Assembly: GCA_037133595.1 (NCBI GenBank) | Contig: JBAXNV010000001.1 | Location: forward strand, 30,479-94,478 | Length of the DNA stretch: 64,000 nt | Source: a bacterium | GTDB lineage: Bacteria; Patescibacteriota; Microgenomatia; UBA1400; UBA12108 | Direction of reading: 5' to 3' | Part shown: piece after piece, positions 47,522 through 57,076 of the stretch | Numbering within the stretch: position 1 is the first letter of the stretch | Layout of the letters: each line of letters begins with the position of its first letter | The notes under the pieces: model-generated | Database searches by the model: none | Seen by the model: the letters and a program-made list of their open reading frames with translations, nothing else | Told to the model about the DNA's origin: nothing | Made by a program: the position numbers and the translations under genes

Positions 47522-49440
47522 TGCTCGACGAGCCACCAGCTACCTTGTCGCTCGAAGAACATGCTTCAAATCCCAGATTCAAATTTTTCAAGTCACCAAT
47601 ATTTATTGGAGTATTAATATTTTTCTTGTTGCTTATTTGGTTTATTGGTTACTCCTCTTATCTTGGCTATCAAGCTTATCAGTCGGGTCTCAAGACTTAT
47701 GGAGTCGCCCAGGGCATTGCAACAGCCATCACAGCGCGCAATCTCCAAGACGCTCAGTCCAAGCTAACAGATACCAAAAACGCACTTATTGAGACTCAAG
47801 ATTTGTTTGGCAAGTTAAGTTATCTGTCACCACTTCCTTTTCTTGGCAATTATTACAAAGACGGTACGCACGCATTTGCTGCTGGTCTCAAAAGTTTAGA
47901 TGCAGGCGAGCTAGTCCTTTCGTCGCTTGCTCCATATGCCGATGTTCTCGGGTTTGCGGGTGGTGAGGGCTTGCCCGAATTTACTAGCACCGAAGATCGT
48001 ATTATCTTTATCGCAACTACAGTCGAAAAGCTTGCTCCAGAGATGGACAATATTAACCAAAAGCTTGGCGAGGTTAGCTCAGAGCTATCTTTGATTAACC
48101 CCAAGAATTATCCCGAGAAAATTGGGGACAAAGAGGTAAGAGCCAAGCTCGTTACTCTTCAGTCAACAGTCGCCGGCATGGTAACTTCACTCTCTTCGTT
48201 TCAACCCATGGTCAAGCTTCTCCCCGATCTTCTAGGCAACCCAGAAGCTCGCAAATATATGCTACTTTTCCAAAACAATGCAGAGCTTCGCCCAACTGGT
48301 GGTTTTCTTACAGCCTATGCCACGCTCAAAGTTACCAAAGGCAAGATCGAGCCAGGAGTCTCAGAAGATATCTACACACTCGACAGTAGCTTCAAGCAAA
48401 AGGTGCCAGCCCCAGACCCAATTAAAAAGTATCTCCCCCTCGTTTACACCTGGAATCTGCGTGACATGAATCTTTCTCCAGACTTTAAGTTATCTATGGA
48501 TACCTTTACCAAATACGCCAAAACCGCCTCAGAAATGCCCGAAGTCGACGCAATCATAGCAATCGATACAGAGGTCCCAGTTAGGTTGCTCAAGGTTCTT
48601 GGCCCAATCGGCGTTCCAGGATTTGGCGGCAAATTCTCCGCCGAAAACGATCCTCGCTGCAACTGCCCTCAAGTTATCTACGAACTAGAAAACATCATCA
48701 CAAAGCCTACCTACGAGATTAGGGTAGGGCGCAAAAGTATTCTTGGCCCACTCATGAATAGCATGCTCGCCAATATTATGGGGAGCCCCAAGAGCAAGTG
48801 GCCCGAATTTTTCAATATCTTTGCCGATAGCATTCGCGAGAAGCATCTCATGATGTATTTTTATGATAGCAACAAACAAAATGCTGTCGAGGTTCTTCAG
48901 GCCGCAGGTCGCATCACTACCTACGAAGGCGATTATCTGCACATCAATGATACCAACTTTGCTGGCGCCAAGAGCAATCTTTTTGTCGAAAACGAAGTCA
49001 ATCAAGAAGTTAGTATTGGGGAGGGTGGCGCAGTAACCAAAAAGATTACGCTCACCTACCGCAATCCAGCTCCAGGTAGCAACTGCAATCTTGAGGCTGG
49101 CCAACTATGTCTCAATGGCACGCTTCGCGACTGGATTAGAGTCTATGTTCCCAAAGGGAGTGTGCTCAAAGACGTTAAAGGTAGCGAGGTCGATGTAACA
49201 ACTAGCGAGGATCTGGGCAAAACTGTGTTTGAAGGCTTCTTTACACTAACTCCTCAGTCTGTCAAAAAACTAGAATTTAGCTATGTTACCCCAGCGGGGA
49301 CTGTCTCTGGAGACAACTACAAGCTGCTTATTCAAAAGCAAGGTGGTACGCAAACAGTCAAACACACGATTTCGGTAAATGGCAAAAAAGCCATCAACTA
49401 CAGCATCAACTCTGATCAAGAGATAGTTCTGCCCAAATAA
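47521..49440 (+). CDS. DUF4012 domain membrane-anchored protein
   Basis: N-terminal TM, helical region, LLFQN.AELRPTGGF, RD.N.SPDF, N..G.K, KQ.G. Confidence 0.8.
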   Translation: MLDEPPATLSLEEHASNPRFKFFKSPIFIGVLIFFLLLIWFIGYSSYLGYQAYQSGLKTYGVAQGIATAITARNLQDAQSKLTDTKNALIETQDLFGKLSYLSPLPFLGNYYKDGTHAFAAGLKSLDAGELVLSSLAPYADVLGFAGGEGLPEFTSTEDRIIFIATTVEKLAPEMDNINQKLGEVSSELSLINPKNYPEKIGDKEVRAKLVTLQSTVAGMVTSLSSFQPMVKLLPDLLGNPEARKYMLLFQNNAELRPTGGFLTAYATLKVTKGKIEPGVSEDIYTLDSSFKQKVPAPDPIKKYLPLVYTWNLRDMNLSPDFKLSMDTFTKYAKTASEMPEVDAIIAIDTEVPVRLLKVLGPIGVPGFGGKFSAENDPRCNCPQVIYELENIITKPTYEIRVGRKSILGPLMNSMLANIMGSPKSKWPEFFNIFADSIREKHLMMYFYDSNKQNAVEVLQAAGRITTYEGDYLHINDTNFAGAKSNLFVENEVNQEVSIGEGGAVTKKITLTYRNPAPGSNCNLEAGQLCLNGTLRDWIRVYVPKGSVLKDVKGSEVDVTTSEDLGKTVFEGFFTLTPQSVKKLEFSYVTPAGTVSGDNYKLLIQKQGGTQTVKHTISVNGKKAINYSINSDQEIVLPK

Positions 49441-49958
49441 TGCATTACCAGAAGTATCTCGGAATAATAATCAAAAAAACTGCGGTCAAAGATGCTGACC
49501 AATTCCTTACAATTTTGACAAAAGGCGAAGGAAAGCTAAGCGTCTACGCGTGTGGTGTTAGAACTCTGGTTAGCAAAAGGCGCGCCAGCCTCGATTACTT
49601 TTCGGAGATCAACTTTGAGGTCGTCGAAAAGTCTGGTCGCCTTACCCTTATGAGTGTGGAGCTGGTCAACGACTTTATGGCCGCGAAGAAAGGCCTGTAC
49701 GACATCTCGCGCTTGTTTCAGATAGCTGAGCTTGTCGATGGTCTCTTGCCCGAAGGTGAAGAAAATGAGTTTGTGTATGAGCTTCTTCATAAGGCCCTAT
49801 CTCATCTCGAGCAGTTTGCTATGCCCGAGTATCTTATCCGCTTCAAAAGGAGGCTTCTGCGCGAGCTTGGCTACGGGGAAGGGGAGATTAGCGACAGCAA
49901 TCTAGATAGTTACATCGAATCTCTTCTCGACAAGCCTCTGCGCGCAAAGCTGATCTAG
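49440..49958 (+). CDS. recO: DNA repair protein RecO (short form)
   Basis: GIII...VKDAD..LT.LT..EGK...A.GVR...SKR OB-fold; ELV..LLPE. Confidence 0.82.
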   Translation: MHYQKYLGIIIKKTAVKDADQFLTILTKGEGKLSVYACGVRTLVSKRRASLDYFSEINFEVVEKSGRLTLMSVELVNDFMAAKKGLYDISRLFQIAELVDGLLPEGEENEFVYELLHKALSHLEQFAMPEYLIRFKRRLLRELGYGEGEISDSNLDSYIESLLDKPLRAKLI

Positions 49959-49998
49959 TATATTAGTTTTCAAAAACTTCAGAGTGTGAAAGTATGTT

Positions 49999-51063
49999 TC
50001 ACGCAGCATATTCTTTGCGAGCATTCTTAATTGCATGTGTTTCATTTAAAACATAATATGTAGTAGGGCCGCCAGATTTTCTCTCGATCAGCCCAAGGTC
50101 GACTAGATTGCGGAAATCCATAATTCTAGTTGAGTCAGCTCTCTTGGTAAGTTTGACATACTCCTTGTCACATATTCGCCCATGTGCAGTAAGATAGTTA
50201 AGAATCAACTGATGATAATCCTCAAGTCTGTCGTTAGAAATTAACATATCGAGTAGCTTTTGGATTCGCGATAATTCATCTACAATCCCATCTGTAAAAT
50301 ATTCGAGCCAAAACGTAAAGTCGGTATTATCTGCTATCTCATAATAATCCCCGTACTCTCCAACAGTAGCAAAGTACTTGGTCACATTTTGGTTATAATA
50401 ATTCTCAAAACTAAATAGGTTGAAGGTATTCATGCCCAAGTCTGATAATAATACCTTTGTCAAAAGTCTGGTAGTCCGACCATTTCCATCCATAAATGGG
50501 TGAATTAGCACCATTTGTTTGTGAAAAATACCAGCCAGGATAAGTGAGTCAAGCTCACCGCGATTCAATTTAATATAAGCAATAAGGTCTTGGAGCAACT
50601 GAGGAACATCACCAAAATCGGGTGGTATAAATGCAATCTGTCTCGTTTTTGGGTCGTTGACCACAACGGCACGCTTTCTTAAGTGTCCATTATCTGATTT
50701 GGATAATAGGCCACTGGTCACAACTTTCTGCACCTTGAGTACAAGAGGAAAATCAATTGTCAGGGCTCCTGTCTTAGCTTCCATTTCCAGTTCAATCAAC
50801 GCCTGGTTGTAGTTCAGCACCTCCAGTTCGCTATCTCTTACATTTTCTGGTTTCCCTTTGATCAGTTTTTTAACTTCAGTTAGGGGTAAGGGATTTCCTT
50901 CAATAGAGGTAGAGGCATGGGTAGAGAGATCTTGTGCAGCTCGCCACATCTCCATATACACTAGGCGGGGCAACTTTTTTCCATTAAGATTAGTCCTAAT
51001 TTCTGCAATCTTCTTGATGTTCTCTAGAAGTTTATTAGAGATGGAATATTTTGGACTAAACAT
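49999..51063 (-). CDS. Fic family protein (class II) with C-terminal winged-HTH; paralogue of 20737..21777
   Basis: HPFMDGNGRTTR, STSIEGNPLPLTEVK; start at MFSPKY. Confidence 0.9.
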   Translation of the reverse strand: MFSPKYSISNKLLENIKKIAEIRTNLNGKKLPRLVYMEMWRAAQDLSTHASTSIEGNPLPLTEVKKLIKGKPENVRDSELEVLNYNQALIELEMEAKTGALTIDFPLVLKVQKVVTSGLLSKSDNGHLRKRAVVVNDPKTRQIAFIPPDFGDVPQLLQDLIAYIKLNRGELDSLILAGIFHKQMVLIHPFMDGNGRTTRLLTKVLLSDLGMNTFNLFSFENYYNQNVTKYFATVGEYGDYYEIADNTDFTFWLEYFTDGIVDELSRIQKLLDMLISNDRLEDYHQLILNYLTAHGRICDKEYVKLTKRADSTRIMDFRNLVDLGLIERKSGGPTTYYVLNETHAIKNARKEYAA

Positions 51064-51098
51064 TAGTCGATTATAGTCGATTATAGTCGATTGGTCAA
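51064..51098 (-). promoter_or_regulatory. Fic promoter overlaid by three tandem TAGTCGATTA repeats
   Basis: Minus strand TTGACC-17-TATAAT-6-ATG; repeats at 51064, 51074 and 51084. Confidence 0.78.
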
Positions 51099-51125
51099 AC
51101 CAATAACACATGTTAAAATAAGTTC

Positions 51126-52520
51126 ATGACTACTCAACCAACTTCGCTTAACGATATCGTATCTCTGTGCAAAAGGCGCGGTTTTATGTTCCCAGGTAGC
51201 GACATCTACGGAGGTCTAGCCAATACTTGGGACTATGGTCCACTCGGTGCCGCTCTTAAGAAAAATCTCAAAGACTTGTGGTGGAACACCTTTATCGATA
51301 ACAGGGACGACATGGTAGGACTCGATACGGGTATCATTCTCAACAGCAAAGTCTGGGAGGCATCAGGTCATTTATCAGGATTCGCCGATGCCATGATCGA
51401 CTGCAAAGTTTGCCGTGCCAGGACTCGTGCCGACCATCTTATCGAGGATTACCTAGAGAAAAAGGGTACTCCCGAGAAGGTAGAGGGCAAGAGTATGGCA
51501 GAGCTAACTGCCATGGTTGTTGATAACAAGATCAAATGTCCAACTTGTGGCAATAGCAACTTTACCGATGTGCGCTCTTTTAATCTGCTTTTCCCGACCA
51601 AAATGGGTATCCTCGCAGATACCGAGAGTACAGTTTATCTTCGCGGCGAGACGGCGCAAGGGATCTTTATCAACTTCAAAAATATAATGGATAGTAGTCG
51701 GGTCAAGCTCCCATTTGGCGCTGGCAACATCGGCAAGAGCTTCCGTAACGAGATTACCAAAGGCCAGTTTATCTTTCGCACTGTTGAGTTTGAGCAGGGT
51801 GAGATCGAGTTTTTCTTTGATCCAACAGTTAGCAACTGGGAGGAGCTTTTTGACAAGTGGCTATCCTCGATGCAAACATTCCTACTTGAGACTCTTGGGA
51901 TCAAGTCCGAGAATCTTCGCGTAAGAGAGCACGAAGATGCCGAGAGAAGCTTTTATAGCAAGCGCACAGTCGATATCGAGTACCAATATCCTTTTGGGTT
52001 TAAAGAGCTTTGGGGTCTTGCTTACCGCACCGATTACGATCTCTCCCGTCACCAGGAGTTCTCTGGTAAGGATCTCACAGTAATGCGACAAGATGGGACC
52101 AAGTTCTTGCCTCATGTTATCGAACCAGCCGTTGGTATAGATCGCCTCATTCTTATGATATTGTGCGATAGCTATTGGGCCGATATCGAGCACAACCGTG
52201 TAGTTCTTAGGCTCAAGCCAGCTCTTGCTCCCTACAAAGTCGCTGTCTTCCCATTACTAAAAAATAACGAAGAATTGGTCGGCAAAGCCAAAGAAGTTTA
52301 CGATAGTCTCAAAACAAAATATCGCACTGCCTGGGATGATCGCGGCAATATCGGCAAAAGATATTACTACCAAGACGAGATGGGTACGCCATTTTGCATA
52401 ACAGTTGACCACCAAACGCTTGAGGATGGCACTGTTACTGTTCGCGATAGGGATACTACAGCTCAAGAGCGGATAAATATTTCAGCCCTAGATACCTATC
52501 TTTGTGGTAAATTAGAATAA
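51126..52520 (+). CDS. glyQS: Glycine--tRNA ligase, homodimeric (eukaryote/archaea-like) type
   Basis: KRRGF, IYGG....DYGPLG, YLR.ETAQG.F, GKSFRNEI, FR..EFEQ.E.E, PHVIEP..G..R, IGKRY..QDE.GTP. Confidence 0.96.
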   Translation: MTTQPTSLNDIVSLCKRRGFMFPGSDIYGGLANTWDYGPLGAALKKNLKDLWWNTFIDNRDDMVGLDTGIILNSKVWEASGHLSGFADAMIDCKVCRARTRADHLIEDYLEKKGTPEKVEGKSMAELTAMVVDNKIKCPTCGNSNFTDVRSFNLLFPTKMGILADTESTVYLRGETAQGIFINFKNIMDSSRVKLPFGAGNIGKSFRNEITKGQFIFRTVEFEQGEIEFFFDPTVSNWEELFDKWLSSMQTFLLETLGIKSENLRVREHEDAERSFYSKRTVDIEYQYPFGFKELWGLAYRTDYDLSRHQEFSGKDLTVMRQDGTKFLPHVIEPAVGIDRLILMILCDSYWADIEHNRVVLRLKPALAPYKVAVFPLLKNNEELVGKAKEVYDSLKTKYRTAWDDRGNIGKRYYYQDEMGTPFCITVDHQTLEDGTVTVRDRDTTAQERINISALDTYLCGKLE

Positions 52521-52521
52521 T

Positions 52522-53325
52522 ATGAAAAAACCAATTGTTCTCTCGATCATTGCTCTGGTTGCGCTCGTAGGCGGTATCGTAGTTGCCAAAAAATTAATTT
52601 CCCCCAAGTCGACCGTGGTCACTACCAAGCAAGAGGAGGTTGTTCTCCCAGTCAACGTTATCCCGGTCGAGGAACGCCCATTTGTAACCCTTACTCCTGA
52701 TGCATCTGGCAGAAATCTGGCACTTGGTATCAACAACTTCAAAAGTACCTCATCCACCGTGGATTACGAGTTGGTTTATCAAACATCCGAAGGTGATGAA
52801 GGTGCTTTTGGGAGGATGAACCTCGCAACAGAGACTCAGCCAATCAGCAAGCAGCTTCTCCTTGGTAGCCGCTCCGCCGGTGGTGCCACTACTTTTTACA
52901 ATGGAGTAACAGGTGGTGCAATCGCACTTACTTGGGGCGAAACAAAGGTCAAAGAGAGCTTCAATTTTATTAGGTTCAACCCAACAGATCCAACTATTAT
53001 TAGCGTTGATGGTAGGCTTACCTACACTCTCACCGCCAAGGCTTTAAAGAAAGACGATGTAATAGTTACCATGAAGACGTCGGGTTATCCAGCGAGCTTG
53101 CCCACCCCAACTGCCAAGCTTTTGGCAGGCCCATACGCCATTCTTACCCCAACCACTCCCAAAGGGGTAGTAACTCTTAGTGTGCAGCTTCCAAGTGGTA
53201 CACACACCAACCCCACGATCTACGAGTTCGTAAGCGGTAAATGGGCCAAGCTTAAGACCACGCTAAAAGGCGACACAGTCACAGCCACTCCTACCACAAA
53301 CATTTTCATTGTCACCGAAGAGTAA
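52522..53325 (+). CDS. Hypothetical N-terminally anchored or secreted beta-rich protein
   Basis: Signal/TM segment, RP.V.L.P, YEL.Y, LLLGS.S.GG. Confidence 0.65.
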   Translation: MKKPIVLSIIALVALVGGIVVAKKLISPKSTVVTTKQEEVVLPVNVIPVEERPFVTLTPDASGRNLALGINNFKSTSSTVDYELVYQTSEGDEGAFGRMNLATETQPISKQLLLGSRSAGGATTFYNGVTGGAIALTWGETKVKESFNFIRFNPTDPTIISVDGRLTYTLTAKALKKDDVIVTMKTSGYPASLPTPTAKLLAGPYAILTPTTPKGVVTLSVQLPSGTHTNPTIYEFVSGKWAKLKTTLKGDTVTATPTTNIFIVTEE

Positions 53326-53351
53326 GATTTAAAAAATATATATGCAAACAT

Positions 53352-53555
53352 TCATTGGGCATTAGCCATACTAAGAGCAATCTTCAACGCTATTTGATAG
53401 CTTTCAGGATTAAAGCCTACAACAACGCCTTCGCATAAAGTAAGACGATCTTCATATTCCAAAAAAGGAGTGGCATCTTTCCAACCAACCTCAGTACGGT
53501 CTGGGTAGACGTGTCTCTGATCATTGCCGCCTGGCGCTTCTGGTCTATTTGTCAT
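53352..53555 (-). CDS. Putative small hypothetical protein (67 aa)
   Basis: Fills the intergenic gap; TATAAT 9 nt before ATG 53555. Confidence 0.4.
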   Translation of the reverse strand: MTNRPEAPGGNDQRHVYPDRTEVGWKDATPFLEYEDRLTLCEGVVVGFNPESYQIALKIALSMANAQ

Positions 53556-53689
53556 AGTTTCGCGATTATACACCAACATATTGATCCCATAACATATACA
53601 TTCGGGATCTCTTCGGTTTTATATCACACTACATTTTGCTAGTACAAAACAGTTGACAACTATATCATTCTAAGCTTAAATGTCCTCAT

Positions 53690-53710
53690 TGGAAAAAAGT
53701 GGAAAAGAGT
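53690..53710 (+). promoter_or_regulatory. Putative MraZ-binding direct repeats upstream of the dcw operon
   Basis: TGGAAAAAAG-TGGAAAAGAG with a 10-bp period just before the mraZ ATG; TTGACA at 53653. Confidence 0.55.
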
Positions 53711-53715
53711 CTTAT

Positions 53716-54147
53716 ATGTTTATTGGCACATATTATCACACTCTCGAAGATAAAGGCCGCGTCGCGGTGCCCAAAACTTTTCGGCAACTTCTTGGTACTG
53801 GTAGCGTTGCAACTTACGGTCTCGACGGTTGTCTCTTTATCTTTACAGAAGAAGGCTGGTCCAAGCTCACCGACAAACTCTCAACCCTCCCGCTCGGTAG
53901 CAAGCCTGCTCGCGATTTCTTGCGTCTTCTTACCTACAACGCAACCCCCATCGAGTTTGATGCTCTAGGTCGTACTCACCTCCCAGAAAACCTCATTGCT
54001 CTAGGGAAGCTCAAAAAAGAAGTTGTTTTTGCCGGCGCGCTTTCTCGTGTCGAGCTTTGGGACAAGCAAGCTTATCACACCTATGTCGACAGCCTCTCGG
54101 CAAGTGAAGCTACTTTATCCGAAACTCTTGGGGAACTTGGCATATGA
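53716..54147 (+). CDS. mraZ: Division/cell wall cluster transcriptional repressor MraZ
   Basis: MF.G.Y.H.L.DKGR..VP..FR, GLDGCL, D..GR, G....VELW. Confidence 0.95.
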   Translation: MFIGTYYHTLEDKGRVAVPKTFRQLLGTGSVATYGLDGCLFIFTEEGWSKLTDKLSTLPLGSKPARDFLRLLTYNATPIEFDALGRTHLPENLIALGKLKKEVVFAGALSRVELWDKQAYHTYVDSLSASEATLSETLGELGI

Positions 54148-55016
54148 CAAACGTCGTTCACATCCCAGTGCTTGTAGAACAAGTGGTAAAGATTTTTGAG
54201 CCAGCAGCTGGCAAGACTTTTGTCGACGCGACACTTGGTGCGGCAGGTCACTCTCTTGCTATCCTTTCTTGTGGCGCCACTATTATTGGGATCGATCAAG
54301 ACGAAGATATCCTACAAATCGCTCAAGATAGGATCAAAGAAGCGGGTTACTCAGATCAATTTACACCTATCTGTGCGAGCTTTAGCAAACTGGCAGAGTT
54401 AATCAAAACTCCTGTCGATGGTATTCTTTTTGATCTTGGGGTAAGTAGTTATCAGCTCGACACTCCCGAGCGTGGCTTTTCGTTTCGTTACGACGCTCCT
54501 CTTGATATGCGCATGAGCAAGTCGCTTAGTGTCACTGCTGCTGATCTTGTAAACGCGCTTGGCCGCAAAGAGCTATATGAGCTTTTTACAACACTTGGCG
54601 ATGAATATCGTTGCAAACCACTTATCGAAACAATCATGCGGCAAAGAAAAATCCAGCCAATCAAAACAACCGGCGAGCTAGTCGACCTAATCGAAGACTG
54701 CCTACCAAGGACTGGCGCGATTCACCCCGCAACCAAAATTTTCCAAGCCCTTCGCATGGCTGTCAACAGTGAGCGCGAAGAGCTCAAAGCCGCACTGCCC
54801 TCGGCTTTGAGTGTACTAAAACCGGGTGGGATACTAGCAGTTATTAGTTTTCACTCCGGTGAAGATGCAATTGTAAAAGATTTTTTTGCCGAAAACTCAA
54901 AAGCGATCGAAAGCTTGTCCGACAAACCAATAATCGCCACAAACAAAGAAGTCGAGGATAATCCTCGCTCTCGCTCAGCCAAATTACGTATAGGAAGGAA
55001 AAATGAAACTAATTAA
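54144..55016 (+). CDS. rsmH: 16S rRNA m4C1402 methyltransferase
   Basis: HIPVL, DATLG.AGH, DLGVSS.QLD...RGFSF, PLDMRM, HPAT..FQALR..VN, SFHS.ED, NPRSRSAKLR. Confidence 0.96.
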   Translation: MTNVVHIPVLVEQVVKIFEPAAGKTFVDATLGAAGHSLAILSCGATIIGIDQDEDILQIAQDRIKEAGYSDQFTPICASFSKLAELIKTPVDGILFDLGVSSYQLDTPERGFSFRYDAPLDMRMSKSLSVTAADLVNALGRKELYELFTTLGDEYRCKPLIETIMRQRKIQPIKTTGELVDLIEDCLPRTGAIHPATKIFQALRMAVNSEREELKAALPSALSVLKPGGILAVISFHSGEDAIVKDFFAENSKAIESLSDKPIIATNKEVEDNPRSRSAKLRIGRKNETN

Positions 55017-55275
55017 AGTTCTCTGTGTAGTTATTGTTGCCTTGGTTATCGCCAATGTAACTACGGCCAATCAAGGTCTAGATCAAAGTATCAAGATGGG
55101 CAAATTGGGCGAAGAAATCGCCAAGCTCACCAAGGAGAACAGTATTCTCCAGGCACAACTCGCCAAAAGCGCCTCCCTCGCATCACTCGAAACCAAGATC
55201 GAACAAGCTGGATTTATTACTCCAACTCGGATCTTGGCAGTCGGCACAACCACTTCGTCTCTTGCTTCGCGCTGA
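55003..55275 (+). CDS. FtsL-like cell division protein
   Basis: TM followed by a coiled coil, located between rsmH and the PBP gene. Confidence 0.65.
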   Translation: MKLIKVLCVVIVALVIANVTTANQGLDQSIKMGKLGEEIAKLTKENSILQAQLAKSASLASLETKIEQAGFITPTRILAVGTTTSSLASR

Positions 55276-55296
55276 CAGATCTTGTAGCTTAATATC

Positions 55297-57048
55297 ATGT
55301 CACATAATACAACTGACCGCCTAAGCTTGGCTTTTGAATTATTTTTACTTGCAATTACAGTCGTCGTTGCTAGGCTTATTTATTGGCAACTTATCAAAGG
55401 TGGTGAGCTCAAGATTCAAGCCGCCGAGCAGCACGCCAAGCAAAGTTCGGTCGAGCCCAAACGCGGTACGATTAAGACAGCCGATGGCTATCCTCTGGTA
55501 TTTACCACTCCAACTTACTCAGTTGTAGAGTATAAGCCTCAGCTCAAAGATACTGCAACCAAGATTACGGATAGTATTTTGCCGCTTCTCAATTTTGAGA
55601 TAAAAGATCCCGTAATCGCAACAGATCCTGCTCAAGTCGCGACAAAAATCAAAGAACTGCAAGACTCAACTCGCCTAGACATGCTCGACAAGCTCAATAC
55701 CAAGAACTGGGCGATATTAGCCAAAGGGGTCACGATCGACGAGAAGCAGCAAATCGAAAATCTCAAATTCCCAGGCATCGCCTTTGAGGAAAGTTTTGTG
55801 CGTGGTTATCCAGAGGCCTCTATGTCTGCTCACGTAATTGGTTTTGTTGGCAAAGATGATATGGATGCGCCAACTGGCTACTTTGGCCTAGAAGGGTTTT
55901 ACAATCGCGAGTTATCAGGTCGGGTTGGTCTGGAAAAAGAAGACAAAGATGCTTCGGGCAACCCTTTGTTGATCAGCACTTTTCGCAAATTATCTGGTCG
56001 TGAAGGACGAGATCTTACGCTGAATATGGAGCGCAGTGTCCAACACATCGTCGAAAGCGAGCTAGCAGCAGCTCTTGTTCGCTACGGCGCCTCAGCGGGC
56101 GAGGTAATTGTGATGGATCCCAATACGGGCGGGATTCTAGCGATGGCAAGCCTCCCGAACTATCAGGGAGATCGGTTTGGGTACTATGACACCAGTCTCT
56201 ACAAAAATCCTAGTATTGCCAACAGCTACGAGCCTGGGAGTACTTTCAAGGTACTAGTCGCTGCCGCAGCATTCAACGAAGGTGCAATTACCAAAGACGA
56301 CAAATGCGACATTTGTGGTGGTCCTCTCCCAATCGACAAATACTTTATCAAGACCTGGGATGGCACTTACCGGCCTGGCGCCACACCCGAAGATATCATT
56401 GTTCACTCCGACAACACGGGTATGGTCTGGATGCAAAGGAAACTTGGGGGCGAGAAAATGGTCGACTATCTTACCAAGTTTGGGATCGGTCAAAAGACTG
56501 GGATTGATCTTCAAGAAGAGGTTGCTCCGCCATTTCGTAGCAAATGGGGAGAAATCGACTACGCGACTTCTTCGTTTGGCCAGGGGATTGCAGTCACCTC
56601 GATTCAAATGATAACGGCTGTTTCGGCGATTGCCAATGGTGGCAAGTTGATGGAGCCTCATGTGGTCAAGAGTGTTGGCGGGGACAAAGGGCTTGAGGTA
56701 GTCCCCAAAGTTATTCGCACAGTAATCTCGCCAGATGCCGCAACAGAAGTCAAAGATCTTATGGTTGCCGCAGTAGAAAAGGGCGAGGCGCAGTGGACCA
56801 AGATAAAGGGTTACAAGGTAGCCGGAAAGACGGGCACGGCTCAGATTGCGGTCGATGGGTATTACGACGCCGAAAAGACCATAGCCAGTTTTGTGGGTTT
56901 TGCTCCAGCCGACAATCCCCGTTTTGTGATGATCACCAAACTTAGAGAACCCACCACCTCAATCTGGGGGAGCGAAACTGCCGCTCCGCTCTTTTTCAAG
57001 ATCGCGCGCCGCTTATTTTTGCACTACAATATCGCGCCCACTCAGTAG
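55297..57048 (+). CDS. ftsI: Class B penicillin-binding protein (FtsI/PBP3-like)
   Basis: RG.I, R.YP, GLE, EPGSTFK (SxxK), SDN, KTGTAQ; dcw position. Confidence 0.88.
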   Translation: MSHNTTDRLSLAFELFLLAITVVVARLIYWQLIKGGELKIQAAEQHAKQSSVEPKRGTIKTADGYPLVFTTPTYSVVEYKPQLKDTATKITDSILPLLNFEIKDPVIATDPAQVATKIKELQDSTRLDMLDKLNTKNWAILAKGVTIDEKQQIENLKFPGIAFEESFVRGYPEASMSAHVIGFVGKDDMDAPTGYFGLEGFYNRELSGRVGLEKEDKDASGNPLLISTFRKLSGREGRDLTLNMERSVQHIVESELAAALVRYGASAGEVIVMDPNTGGILAMASLPNYQGDRFGYYDTSLYKNPSIANSYEPGSTFKVLVAAAAFNEGAITKDDKCDICGGPLPIDKYFIKTWDGTYRPGATPEDIIVHSDNTGMVWMQRKLGGEKMVDYLTKFGIGQKTGIDLQEEVAPPFRSKWGEIDYATSSFGQGIAVTSIQMITAVSAIANGGKLMEPHVVKSVGGDKGLEVVPKVIRTVISPDAATEVKDLMVAAVEKGEAQWTKIKGYKVAGKTGTAQIAVDGYYDAEKTIASFVGFAPADNPRFVMITKLREPTTSIWGSETAAPLFFKIARRLFLHYNIAPTQ

Positions 57049-57076
57049 TCACATGATACAATTATGTCCATCAATT

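Noticed and set aside
49440-49958. recO as a pseudogene
   Set aside because: Intact ORF coupled to the upstream gene with no out-of-frame remnant; a short form is plausible in a reduced genome.
51064-51093. Tandem repeats as a CRISPR array or iterons
   Set aside because: The units are 10 bp with no spacers, and no cas or rep gene is present; the position fits an operator.
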